From Candidatus Brockarchaeota archaeon (GTDB lineage Archaea; Thermoproteota; EX4484-205; JAAOZO01), in assembly GCA_017601145.1 (NCBI GenBank), contig JAFNIV010000006.1:479-64478 (forward strand): a DNA stretch of 64,000 nucleotides, written 5' to 3'. The translations under genes and the position numbers were made by a program. Positions 29,512 to 39,189 of the stretch are shown in pieces. Under the pieces are notes generated by a model. That model saw nothing but the letters and a program-made list of their open reading frames with translations, had not been told where the DNA came from and made no database searches. The stretch's first letter is position 1. The number at the start of each line of letters is the position of its first letter.

Positions 29512-30719
29512 TACTCACCAGACCTCCACATCGTTAGCCTAAACAAGTAATCATAAGAGCCAATCTTAACTAGATTTTCAAGCACTACAGTTTTTATTCC
29601 GCCTCCAGGCTTTCCAGTACCAAAACTCATAACGTTGGGGATCCTAAACGCAGCAATATTATAATAATTACCAGTATACTTTACAGGAATAAGAAGTAAA
29701 GCAATGTCATCTTCTACTGTATCTTCAAGCTGATAAACTCTGTACTTTTTTGATCCTTTGTTTATTACTTGCCCAGCGTTTCCGTTGGTTTGATTAACTA
29801 TATAATCAGGGTAAACGTATAATGGTGGAACAAACTCGATGGCTGAATTGGTTATTTGAAAAGCACCACTTGGTATTAAACTAACAGGATAAAGCAAAAA
29901 CAAATAGTTTCCAAAAGTAGAAGCATAAAGTAAGTTTGATCCATTGTTGTAAGCATAAGGCATTATACTTTTTATTCCATTGTACCATGCTGTTATTAAT
30001 ATTGTTAGGGCTGCATGCTTTAAATTAATTGTTTTTGAAGTTATACTTAAAACCCAATTGGTTGCATCTATTGTTGCTTCACCATTCCAATCTGTTAATG
30101 TAGTTACGCTAGTTGTGTTATAATTGTAAATATCGTTTCCTCCTTTATTCTGTACTACGACTAGAACATAAGTTACTGTTACGTTAGAGTTTGATGCAGG
30201 TTTACCAGCATAGTTAGTTACTTTAATTTTGAACATTGTTGGGATATACTCTGGGTTTCCACTAGAACCAACGTTTATGGAATTTAAAGGAGTGTAACTT
30301 ATGTTAAGGGCTGGCATAATAGTTATGCTAAACTCGTACCTATTTTCTCCTCTTAGGCCTAAAAGTTTTGCTATCGTCTCGGGATCTATATAAGCTGTAC
30401 TTGGCATTGGAAAGCTACTACTGTTAGTTATTCTTAGGATTTTGTTTATGTCTAAAGTATAAGGAATACTAGCGTTAGCTTTTGCAAGGCCAAAGGCTTG
30501 CAAGTTATTTGAATTTATGTTTAAGTTTGTTCCCCAATCTTGGGGGGTTCCTGGACTTGAGATGATTTTATTAAAAGTTGCTGTTGCCACGTCTTCCAAT
30601 TGGTGTTCTTTAGCTTCAGTATTTGGCACATAGAAAAGAGGATAAAGGAATAGAAACCCAATAGAAACTATAAAGAATAAGACTATAACAGAAAAAAGAT
30701 TATCTACAATACTTTGCAT
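29508..30719 (-). CDS. Membrane-anchored extracellular protein of the pilus-like operon
   Basis: 403 aa. N-terminal hydrophobic helix (LFSVIVLFFIVSIGFLFLYPLF). Asn/Thr/Tyr-rich ectodomain. Confidence 0.5.
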   Translation of the reverse strand: MQSIVDNLFSVIVLFFIVSIGFLFLYPLFYVPNTEAKEHQLEDVATATFNKIISSPGTPQDWGTNLNINSNNLQAFGLAKANASIPYTLDINKILRITNSSSFPMPSTAYIDPETIAKLLGLRGENRYEFSITIMPALNISYTPLNSINVGSSGNPEYIPTMFKIKVTNYAGKPASNSNVTVTYVLVVVQNKGGNDIYNYNTTSVTTLTDWNGEATIDATNWVLSITSKTINLKHAALTILITAWYNGIKSIMPYAYNNGSNLLYASTFGNYLFLLYPVSLIPSGAFQITNSAIEFVPPLYVYPDYIVNQTNGNAGQVINKGSKKYRVYQLEDTVEDDIALLLIPVKYTGNYYNIAAFRIPNVMSFGTGKPGGGIKTVVLENLVKIGSYDYLFRLTMWRSGEY

Positions 30720-30799
30720 AGCTATATCGTTATACCAAAGCCCTTATTTAAGCTTTTTTGATTAAACTTCAATTTTAATAATAACATTTCTTTACTCCT

Positions 30800-31306
30800 T
30801 CATAATTTTAACGTTCCAATACCCGCAACAATTATGCCATTCTGCTTGCTTGCCCAGACAACTATTTTTTCAGTTCCAGAATAAATTTTACTTTTACAGT
30901 ATACTGCTCCAATTGAAGGAACTATGACTGTTCCACTAAGCTGTATTTGAGTTCCAGTTGTTACCCAAAGTGGAGCTTTACCATAAACAAAGCTATTTGT
31001 ATCCGATACAACTAAAACTTCATATACATTGTTCTCTATTATTATGTTGATAGAATAGCCTTTGTTGTTTACTTCTGTAGGAACTTGCAAAACAATTCCT
31101 ATGGACATGTTGTCATAGGAAGACTCGTAACATAATGTAGTTATGTCGACAATATTTCTAGCTATGTAATTTGCAATATCGTTAAACCTAACCTTTTCGT
31201 AGTTGCCAGTAACATTGTTCGCAACAATTAAAAAGCTTGCTAACAAAGCAAACATAAGTAAGAAAAGAGCAGAAGTTAATATTATAGAAGATATACTTTC
31301 AGACAT
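30800..31306 (-). CDS. Pilin/ArlF-ArlG-like accessory protein with an archaeal flagellin-type N-terminal helix
   Basis: MSESISSIILTSALFLLMFALLASFLIV resembles the SE-x-IS N-termini of archaellum and pilus accessory proteins. 168 aa. Confidence 0.5.
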   Translation of the reverse strand: MSESISSIILTSALFLLMFALLASFLIVANNVTGNYEKVRFNDIANYIARNIVDITTLCYESSYDNMSIGIVLQVPTEVNNKGYSINIIIENNVYEVLVVSDTNSFVYGKAPLWVTTGTQIQLSGTVIVPSIGAVYCKSKIYSGTEKIVVWASKQNGIIVAGIGTLKL

Positions 31307-31312
31307 TTTTTA

Positions 31313-32170
31313 TCAATAAGATGAAATTTCAACTTCAATTAAAGAAAAGTTTACTATTGTTCCTGAAACTGGAGAACCATTAAAACTTGAAAGTTCATTG
31401 AGCACATAACTTTGTGAGTTACTTCCTCTAGTTACAACAAAAGTTAAAGAATTCGTAGAAAGTAAAGTGCTATTAAAGGAAATATCTTTACATTTTGCAA
31501 CGACCTTTAAAGAACTCCCACTACCATAAGTACTTCCTCGAATTAATTTTATGTATGATACTTCTACTACATTATATGGCTTAAATTTAACTGAACCATT
31601 TACGATATAGCTATAGTTAAAAACTCCAGAATATGTGACCATTATTCTGCCAAAGTCAACAACAATATATGCTCCATTCTTTTGCATTTCATAAATCCAT
31701 CCTAAAGGTAAACCTTTGCTAGAATCTATTATTAAGTACTTTGTATAGATATCATTTAAGCTTGCAGCAAGTTGTAAGTCTTGTGAAGTTGGTATTATAA
31801 GTCTAAAGTTAGCTGTTCCTACTAATCGCCCACCCATGAATTTTATCAAACTAACTCCATCATTATCGCTATACAGTGTTTGACCATTTACTCTTATTGT
31901 TATTGGTTCACTGTCTGAGACTAAGTAAAGTGATCCTGCTCTTACATAGATTGGGACATAGCCAGAAGAGCCCTCAGAATTTGCAACATTTTCAATCAAG
32001 AGAGTTAACTTTTCAAGAGCAGACTTTGCTGCCTCATATTCGCTAAGCTCACTTTGGTACTCTAGTACATTAAAGGCAAAATAAGTAGTAGCAATAACAA
32101 CAATCAATGAAAAAGAAATAAGTATAACAACCTCTACAACAGTTTGCCCTTTGCGGTTTATTTTCAACAT
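31313..32170 (-). CDS. Prepilin-like protein (class III signal peptide, Glu at +5)
   Basis: MLKINRKGQ|TVVEVVILISFSLIVVIATTYF. 285 aa. It begins 3 nt downstream of the platform gene. Confidence 0.65.
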   Translation of the reverse strand: MLKINRKGQTVVEVVILISFSLIVVIATTYFAFNVLEYQSELSEYEAAKSALEKLTLLIENVANSEGSSGYVPIYVRAGSLYLVSDSEPITIRVNGQTLYSDNDGVSLIKFMGGRLVGTANFRLIIPTSQDLQLAASLNDIYTKYLIIDSSKGLPLGWIYEMQKNGAYIVVDFGRIMVTYSGVFNYSYIVNGSVKFKPYNVVEVSYIKLIRGSTYGSGSSLKVVAKCKDISFNSTLLSTNSLTFVVTRGSNSQSYVLNELSSFNGSPVSGTIVNFSLIEVEISSY

Positions 32171-32173
32171 AAC

Positions 32174-33952
32174 TTAGCCACTGAGCGAAGTTATTGCAAC
32201 TGCCTTGTTTACGTATGGAACTAAGGCCATCACGATAAGGCTAAATATAACTAAGAATATTGCATGTTTAAAGCCTTGAGATGTCTTTGTAGTAGCAACT
32301 TTTCCACTAACTAAACCCATCAAGTAGGATTGCACTATTATTGGAGGTAGTAATGCCACAACCATGTCTCTATAAGGTATACCAGAATGCGCTATGGAAA
32401 GAATTGAGTTAAAGAAAGCTAGAAGTACGACTACAACCAACATCAAGGTTCCAGAACCAATGTATGGAATTATAGCTAGAGGTTTCATTGATTCAGCTTT
32501 CTCTCTTTCACTTTGAATCATGGTTTCGTTAAAAGATGCTAAGGTTTCTAGAGTTTCTGGCATTCCTCCTCCAACCTCTATGCTGTCTATTAGCAAGAAG
32601 AACATTGCCTTTGCAAACCAATTTCTAATATTTTTCGAAAACGTTTCATAAACTTTTGAAAAACTTACACCCCAAGTTAGTTGTCTTCCCATTAGCTTTA
32701 AGTGCTTAGATAGCTTTCCATAACTTCTTTCTGAGAGGTTTATTATACATTTCTCTGGACTTAAACCAGATTTTCTAACTTCTACAAGGTCTCTGAGGAA
32801 GTTTGCCATATCGTATTCTATTCCTCCTTCTAAGAAGTCAATGTAGGATTGATAAATTGCTGCAGGTATCGTGCCAATTATTAAAGTTAGGGCCAACCCA
32901 ACTGTAGACTCAAAACCATTTGGCAAATTAAGGTAATTACACAATATTACAACTGGACTTCTTAAGGTTTTGATAAGTTCAATGTTACCTAAAGGCTCAA
33001 CCATGAATGAAAGAGAAAATATAGTTCCAAAAACAACTAATGTAGGCACAAAAGTTGCAAGGTAAACTATATAAGGAGAGTAGTCTTGAGAAGGTTGCTT
33101 TAGTTGAGTTAAATCTATAAACCAAAGAAAAACTACGGAAATCATTGGCATAAGAATATACCCAAACAAGAAAAGTGCTGCACCGCTACCAAACAAACCC
33201 ATTGCACTTGCTGGCATTAAAGAAGATAAGCTTACGCCTACTGTAAATATAGAGTATATACCTAAAGAAAATATGATTGCAACTACCATATAAATTTCCA
33301 TAATTTGGCCCATCCTTTCTCCAATTATTTTAATAGTTACAAGGCTCCTTTGAAACAGAAGTTCTGTCCTTCTCATAATATAATGAACAACATCACCTCC
33401 AATTCTTAAAGTTGAAGCATACCCTAAGAGAAGCTCTTTAAATTCTTGAGAAGGTAAACTTCTAGCAACATCTTCAATTGCAGTTACTGGATCTAGCCCA
33501 AGTCCATTGACTTTTACTTCGAGAATCCTTGCAAATTCTCTTAAACCTGGAAGAAGGAAAAAACGCCCTAGTCTAGCTATACTTGTATAGGGGGAGATTC
33601 CGCCAGTACTCATGACAGCAACATATGCAGCTGCAAAGGGTGTTTCATTTTCCAGAGCAGAAGATTTGTCTGTAACTCTAAGTTTTGGATAATAAAATAA
33701 AAGGAAAAAAACTGCTACTGGAATCAGCAATGCTAGAGGAAGAGTAAAAACGTGAACTAAACCAAGAACTGCAAGAACGAGCCAAGTCAAGAAAGAAATT
33801 ATAGCTGATACGAAAGTAAAGAAAATAACAATAGCACCATAAGCAGGAGGATAGATCCGCATTAAACCAGCATCAAGATCCTTTTCAACCAGCTTACCTA
33901 ATACTTTACCAAATGGTTCAAAAAGTTCAAGCGCTACATCCGCTAAAGCCAT
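32174..33952 (-). CDS. FlaJ/TadC/PilC-type (T2SS-F family) polytopic platform protein
   Basis: 592 aa. TM bundles alternate with two soluble blocks (..IGGDVVHYIMRRTELLFQ.. and ..VGGGMPETLETLASFNETMIQSEREKAESMKP..), typical of T2SS-F repeats. Confidence 0.75.
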   Translation of the reverse strand: MALADVALELFEPFGKVLGKLVEKDLDAGLMRIYPPAYGAIVIFFTFVSAIISFLTWLVLAVLGLVHVFTLPLALLIPVAVFFLLFYYPKLRVTDKSSALENETPFAAAYVAVMSTGGISPYTSIARLGRFFLLPGLREFARILEVKVNGLGLDPVTAIEDVARSLPSQEFKELLLGYASTLRIGGDVVHYIMRRTELLFQRSLVTIKIIGERMGQIMEIYMVVAIIFSLGIYSIFTVGVSLSSLMPASAMGLFGSGAALFLFGYILMPMISVVFLWFIDLTQLKQPSQDYSPYIVYLATFVPTLVVFGTIFSLSFMVEPLGNIELIKTLRSPVVILCNYLNLPNGFESTVGLALTLIIGTIPAAIYQSYIDFLEGGIEYDMANFLRDLVEVRKSGLSPEKCIINLSERSYGKLSKHLKLMGRQLTWGVSFSKVYETFSKNIRNWFAKAMFFLLIDSIEVGGGMPETLETLASFNETMIQSEREKAESMKPLAIIPYIGSGTLMLVVVVLLAFFNSILSIAHSGIPYRDMVVALLPPIIVQSYLMGLVSGKVATTKTSQGFKHAIFLVIFSLIVMALVPYVNKAVAITSLSG

Positions 33953-34123
33953 TAAAAAGTTTTTTTGATTTAGAACTATTTAACCTTTTCTATTTTCAAT
34001 AATTTTTAAGTAAGTCAATTAAAGTGAACGTTTTCGATTTGAAGTTAAACTTTATTTAGTAGAGTTTATTTCTTTAAAATATTGACTTTAATTTTCTTGC
34101 AAAAAACTATTTTGTAGCTACAA

Positions 34124-36382
34124 TTATGAAGAACTCCATGTAGATTCAGCTTCTACTGCTAGAGAAAGCAATCCAAGACGTGTGCTCTTCTCAAGTTTGT
34201 TTATGTCAGCAGTATAGATACCATTAGATGTTAGTATGGTTAACCTGTTACTTTGGACAACTATTGCATTCGGCATAACTATTTCTCTTCTTATAACTCC
34301 ATTCTCATCTTCAAATATAACAACTATGTTTGCACTTCTTCTACCACCAATTGGAAGAAGCCGAACTATCCTTTTAATGCTATTCACATTGTACTCCTTA
34401 GTTAAGTAATTAGAAATCGCTTCTTTGCTTTCCTTATCTAACATGTTGTAGTCCTCTATAACACCAAGTTCATTTCCTCTCTCATCATAAAAAATGATCA
34501 TTTTAGGATATGAAATTGGAAAAGGTAACCTAACTTTAATATTGTTTAGAGTGTAGCCTTCCTTGGTAGATACTTGAAGTAGAGAGTTCTCGTAACGTAT
34601 TGTTATACTGCTAGGATCTATCAAGTTTATATAGTTTCCATTTTCTACGATTGTTCTTTCTTTTAATAAACCCTTTAATTCATTTATAATTGTTCCATCT
34701 CGCACTTCTATTATTCTATTAATGTAGTTCGTTAGGCTAGGACGATGCGAAATCAAAATTATTGTTGAACTTGGGAGATAACTTAGTATCCCTTTAATTA
34801 TCTTTTCTTCTATATCAACAGCGACATTCGACGTAGATTCGTCTAAGAACAACACTTGCGGTCTTCTAACTAGTGCCCTAGCAATGCAAACCATCTGTTT
34901 TTGTCCTCCAGAAAGTCTTCTTCCAGCTTCACCAACATCAGTGTCGTAAGCTAGTTGAAAACCCATAATGAATTCGTGAGCACAGCTTATCTTTGAAGCA
35001 ATTAGTACCTCTATAGGTGAAACATTTTTTAGTCCGTGAACTATGTTTAGAGCTATAGAACCTGGAAGAAGTAAAGGCTCTTGTGAAACCATAACGACTT
35101 GACTCCTAAAAGAATTTAATTTTATCTTACGTAAGTCAACGTCATCATAAAGAATTCTTCCTTCATCTGGATCATATAACCTAGTGAGCAGTCTTACTAG
35201 GGTTGTTTTTCCAGAACCATTAGGTCCAACTATACCAACTACTTCAGCAGGCTTAATTTCAAACGAAACACCCTTTAATACTGGTTTATCAGAGTAGGCA
35301 AAGAAAACATCTTCTACCTTTATTTTACCACCTATTTTTATGTCAACAGCATCTGGAGCTTCCTTTACAGAAGGCTCTACGTTTAAAACCTCGAGAATCT
35401 TCTCATAGGCTGTTTCAGCTTGAACATAAAGCGATGTTATTTGGCTTAAACTACGAATCGGTGTATAAACTTGACTCACATACCCTAAGAACGCAACTAT
35501 AGTTCCTATAGTTGTTTCCCCACTTAGTACCATGAAACCTCCAAAAAGCATAATTAGTGCTGAGGCCAAGGTTAATGAGAAGTTCATAGCAGGAAAGTAC
35601 TCTACGTTTACTTTAGCTAGGTTTATCTGTGCATCGTATATATCCTTAGCATACTTATAGAATCTTCTATTTTCTATGTCTTCGATACCAAGCACTTTTA
35701 CGAGAACTATTGATGACACTACAGACGTTACATAAGACATAAAGTTAGAAGTGACTTTCCATACTCTAAGGAAGGCAAAACGAACTTTCTTTTGATAGAG
35801 CCATGTTCCAACTAGTATTACTGGTATAGGAATCAGAGTAGCTAGAGCAAGTTTAAAGTTCATAGCGAATATTATTATCAAAGTCCCTCCAAGCATTAAT
35901 ATGTTCACCATAACTGATTGAAGCCCATCTATGAGAAAAGACTGGATTTGTCTCACGTAAGTGAAGATTTTTGCTACAAGATCACCAGTTTGACTTTGGT
36001 CATAGAAATCTAAGCCAAGAGCCATCATATGTGTATACAAACGCTTTTGGAGATCAAGTACAACTCGATTATGAAGAACCTCAACTATGTAACCACCTGA
36101 AGCAGACATTACAACATTCATAGCGTAAAGTCCTACTAACAAGGCTACTAACTTTATTAAGAGGTCAACATGTTGCATTGGAACTAAAACCTGATCAGTT
36201 ATTACTTTACTTATATATGGAGGTGCTAAACCTATAGCAGTAGAAATTATTGAAATTATAAAATATAACGAAAAAAGTTTAAGATGCGGCTTCAGCAAAC
36301 TTAAGAGCTTTAACAAATTTGAACTTTTTTGAGGTTCCCTTCTTTCGTTCACCATTGGAAAAGGTGGCTTTTGTGCTTCCAT
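34124..36382 (-). CDS. ABC exporter half-transporter (TMD-NBD) with an extra ~190-aa C-terminal domain
   Basis: Six N-terminal TM helices, Walker A GPNGSGKTT, signature LSGGQKQ, Walker B VLFLDEST. The beta-rich tail after ..IEVRDGTII is possibly DUF1854-like. Confidence 0.85.
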   Translation of the reverse strand: MEAQKPPFPMVNERREPQKSSNLLKLLSLLKPHLKLFSLYFIISIISTAIGLAPPYISKVITDQVLVPMQHVDLLIKLVALLVGLYAMNVVMSASGGYIVEVLHNRVVLDLQKRLYTHMMALGLDFYDQSQTGDLVAKIFTYVRQIQSFLIDGLQSVMVNILMLGGTLIIIFAMNFKLALATLIPIPVILVGTWLYQKKVRFAFLRVWKVTSNFMSYVTSVVSSIVLVKVLGIEDIENRRFYKYAKDIYDAQINLAKVNVEYFPAMNFSLTLASALIMLFGGFMVLSGETTIGTIVAFLGYVSQVYTPIRSLSQITSLYVQAETAYEKILEVLNVEPSVKEAPDAVDIKIGGKIKVEDVFFAYSDKPVLKGVSFEIKPAEVVGIVGPNGSGKTTLVRLLTRLYDPDEGRILYDDVDLRKIKLNSFRSQVVMVSQEPLLLPGSIALNIVHGLKNVSPIEVLIASKISCAHEFIMGFQLAYDTDVGEAGRRLSGGQKQMVCIARALVRRPQVLFLDESTSNVAVDIEEKIIKGILSYLPSSTIILISHRPSLTNYINRIIEVRDGTIINELKGLLKERTIVENGNYINLIDPSSITIRYENSLLQVSTKEGYTLNNIKVRLPFPISYPKMIIFYDERGNELGVIEDYNMLDKESKEAISNYLTKEYNVNSIKRIVRLLPIGGRRSANIVVIFEDENGVIRREIVMPNAIVVQSNRLTILTSNGIYTADINKLEKSTRLGLLSLAVEAESTWSSS

Positions 36383-36564
36383 TCTTATTTACAACTAATG
36401 TCGTTATCGACATAAGATATTTAAATATTTTTGCATGAAAAGTTGCTCTGAAAAATGTTACTTTTAATTACGTTATATACCATTTCAATCGAAGCAACTC
36501 ATTTTGCTATTTAATCTTTTGTACTCTTCACACTAAACTTAGGAATTCTTGCTTTAAGGTCTTG

Positions 36565-36820
36565 TTGCCTTCTGAGCAGTTTCAAAATAGAAAAAAAGTT
36601 TAAGTAGTGGTCTAACTCCCTTAACTCTTTGATGGAAGAAGAACTCTTACGCCCTCTCTGTTCTGGAAGCATGGCTTCCTATGAGGGCAGGTTTATGAAA
36701 TGCGAAGATAGAGACGTTGTAGCGGTATTGAACCTTCAGATGCGGGGAGAAGGGTTCACCCAAAGAGCCCTCGATGAAATAATCGAGAGGGAAGGGCTAA
36801 CTACTTAACTCAGAACCCTT
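36565..36820 (+). mobile_element. MITE-like GC-rich repeat, copy A, carrying a degenerate TnpB C-terminus-like frame (36632..36808, 58 codons)
   Basis: Near-identical to the reverse complement of 39883..40170. Its frame reads MEEELLRPLCSGSMASYEGRFMKCEDRDVVAVLNLQMRGEGF.., resembling the C..C..DRDxNAAxNIxxxG end of IS200/IS605 TnpB. It contains the hairpin CCCTCGAT-GAAATA-ATCGAG(A)GG. Confidence 0.55.
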
Positions 36821-37081
36821 CTGTAAAAAGTATAGTTTCAAGTAAGTGAAACTTTGTTGAGTCTAAGGGAAGTCTTATTTAAAGTAAAAGGAGATTTAGT
36901 TAGAAATGAATTTCCTTACCTTTCTTGCAGTGTAATGTGGAAGAATTTGAATGAGAGCTCCTTTGGTTTTTCATTTTCGTAGTTTTTTACTGCAATTGAA
37001 ATAACATTTTTGTTTTTAAGAGACCTTATCCTTGGTTTCAATGTTGCAATACTACTGTTAGATGTTAAACGTTTTTCTTCT

Positions 37082-38080
37082 TTAAACTTTTGGAACTTTT
37101 GTTACTTTTCCTGATTCCATAGAGCTATTTGCAGCTAAAGTTACTGCAAGGGTTTTTATAGCGTCTTCGTAATTTGACATTATCTTTGAATCATCATTGT
37201 TCTTTACAGCTTCTATGAAAGTTGAATCCTCTATTTCAAATATATTTGGTTCTCCTTTAATGTTTGATACCTCTTTCCCATTTTTTAGGAGTCTTAATGA
37301 ATGTTCCCATCCAGAAAATAATGCTGTTGTCTCATAAGCATAAACGCTAAGGAAGACTCCTCCACCTCCCCCATTGGAAGAACAAGAAGCAAACAAGTTT
37401 GCTATACCTCCATTTTCTAATTTCATGTTAACTACGCTTGCATCTTCTATATCATAACTTATGGGAACGTTCTTGTTCATTCCTTTAACTTTGTATGCCT
37501 GAACTTCTTTTATTTCACCGCACAAGAATCTAACCAAGTCAACAGTATGAGTTACTTGTTCATGAAACTGTCCACCACTTTTACTTTTTACTATCCACCA
37601 ATTTTCGTTTCTTGGACTTCCACCAATCCATCCTCCAAAACTTAGTATTGGTGTATCGCTCTCAAATTCTTTCTTTGCTAGTTTTACACTTTCTCTGTAC
37701 CTATTCATATAACCAGCAGCGTTTATTACCTTCTTTTTTTCCAGTTCCCTTAAAATTTTCTTTGCACTGTCTAACTTTAACTCTATCGGTTTTTCGATGA
37801 AGAATGGAAGTTCCTTTCTTATCGCAAGTATTTCATCTCCATGCGCAAATGGTGGAAGAAGAAAGTAAACGGCATCTAAAGTTGTCTTGCTTAGCATATC
37901 TTCAGCACTTTTAAATACTTTAGCATCTTGAGTTCCATAGGTTTTTGCTTTTGTTTCAGCTCTACTTATATCTATGTCGCAAAATGCTACTAGTTCGGCT
38001 GAAGAGTTTGTTGAAAGAGCTTTTAAGTGTGCTTCAGCGATATTTCCACATCCAACAATTCCAACTTTTACTTTATCCAT
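37082..38080 (-). CDS. Gfo/Idh/MocA-family oxidoreductase
   Basis: VGIVGCGNIAEAH Rossmann segment and an IEKPIE motif. 332 aa. Confidence 0.85.
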   Translation of the reverse strand: MDKVKVGIVGCGNIAEAHLKALSTNSSAELVAFCDIDISRAETKAKTYGTQDAKVFKSAEDMLSKTTLDAVYFLLPPFAHGDEILAIRKELPFFIEKPIELKLDSAKKILRELEKKKVINAAGYMNRYRESVKLAKKEFESDTPILSFGGWIGGSPRNENWWIVKSKSGGQFHEQVTHTVDLVRFLCGEIKEVQAYKVKGMNKNVPISYDIEDASVVNMKLENGGIANLFASCSSNGGGGGVFLSVYAYETTALFSGWEHSLRLLKNGKEVSNIKGEPNIFEIEDSTFIEAVKNNDDSKIMSNYEDAIKTLAVTLAANSSMESGKVTKVPKV

Positions 38081-38318
38081 TTTCCTCTACTTGCAGTAAG
38101 TAGAGTATTTAATCTTTTTTCAAGTTACTTTTACAATTTTTATGACTAAAAAAGTAAGAAGCACATACTTCCTAACAATATTTTCTGCTGCTAAATTCTT
38201 ATTAACAATAGAAAGTAAAATATGTTTAAAAAGTTCTTCAGCATGACTTAACTGCTCGCCTAAAGTTAGGGGTTTCTATTGAGGTGGTTTATGATAATCT
38301 TTATTCATTACTAAAAAT

Positions 38319-39053
38319 CTATTTTTCGTGTTTCTTTGGAACAAGTGAAAACCAAAAGTCTGTTTTTACTTCTTTCCAAATATTTATCATGCCATTGTAA
38401 AGACTCTCTAAGTATGTCTTGACAACTTCGTTATAACGTTCTATTATTGGGCCTGCGTTCTTTTCTTTAAACATTTTTTTAACTTCCTCTCTTTCAAAGT
38501 ACCAGTCAGAAATTTCCCATGCAAGTTTTTTATCCTTTTCATTCTCTATTGATAGTAGGCCCATTTTTGCTCTTTCTATCTCATCTTTTACTTCATCTAA
38601 GTTAAATACCGCTACTGGCCAAAAAACATGTGAAAAATAAGAAGAATACTCTACAACGTTCTCAATTCTAAGTTCAACTTTTTTCTTAAGTTCTTCATAA
38701 GTTTTTTGATCTTCTTTAGACCACTCCCACTTAAATTCGCTTTTCCTTAACTTTCGATCAAAGATAAAAACGTCATAAGATAGAAAGTTTAGTTCATGGA
38801 AAAACCTTTTTTGGTTGTCTCCTTCTGGTGGACCTGCTATTGAAGTTGCAAAAATTATTGGTAAATATTTTAGTTTAGTTCTCATAGGCCCAATGTCACT
38901 GTTTATGATAAACCATGGGTATCTTTTTCCAAAGATAGAAAGCCAAAGATATTTTTCTTTAAGTTTTGTTACAAGACTTTCTAGGTTATTCTTATCAAAA
39001 AGTAGTTCAACTACATATTCTGTCATTTTATGTGTACGAAACTTATAAAACAT
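38319..39053 (-). CDS. Hypothetical protein
   Basis: 244-aa ORF, Lys/Glu/Trp-rich, no motif recognised. Confidence 0.45.
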   Translation of the reverse strand: MFYKFRTHKMTEYVVELLFDKNNLESLVTKLKEKYLWLSIFGKRYPWFIINSDIGPMRTKLKYLPIIFATSIAGPPEGDNQKRFFHELNFLSYDVFIFDRKLRKSEFKWEWSKEDQKTYEELKKKVELRIENVVEYSSYFSHVFWPVAVFNLDEVKDEIERAKMGLLSIENEKDKKLAWEISDWYFEREEVKKMFKEKNAGPIIERYNEVVKTYLESLYNGMINIWKEVKTDFWFSLVPKKHEK

Positions 39054-39189
39054 GCGCTTAAAAATCTTCTAAAATCTAATCTCCAACGTCTTCAAAATTA
39101 AAGACTATAAGCTCTTCTGCAAATTACTGAAACTCTTGAACTCCAAAACATAAAACTTTTAAATTCATACTTTAAATTAAATATTTGAA

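Noticed and set aside
34124-36382. ABC exporter NBD as a replacement motor for the pilus-like system
   Set aside because: There is no precedent or sequence feature linking ABC NBDs to T2SS-F platform proteins. A 171-nt spacer with a TATA-like element separates the two units. The idea is kept only as a low-weight neighbourhood note.
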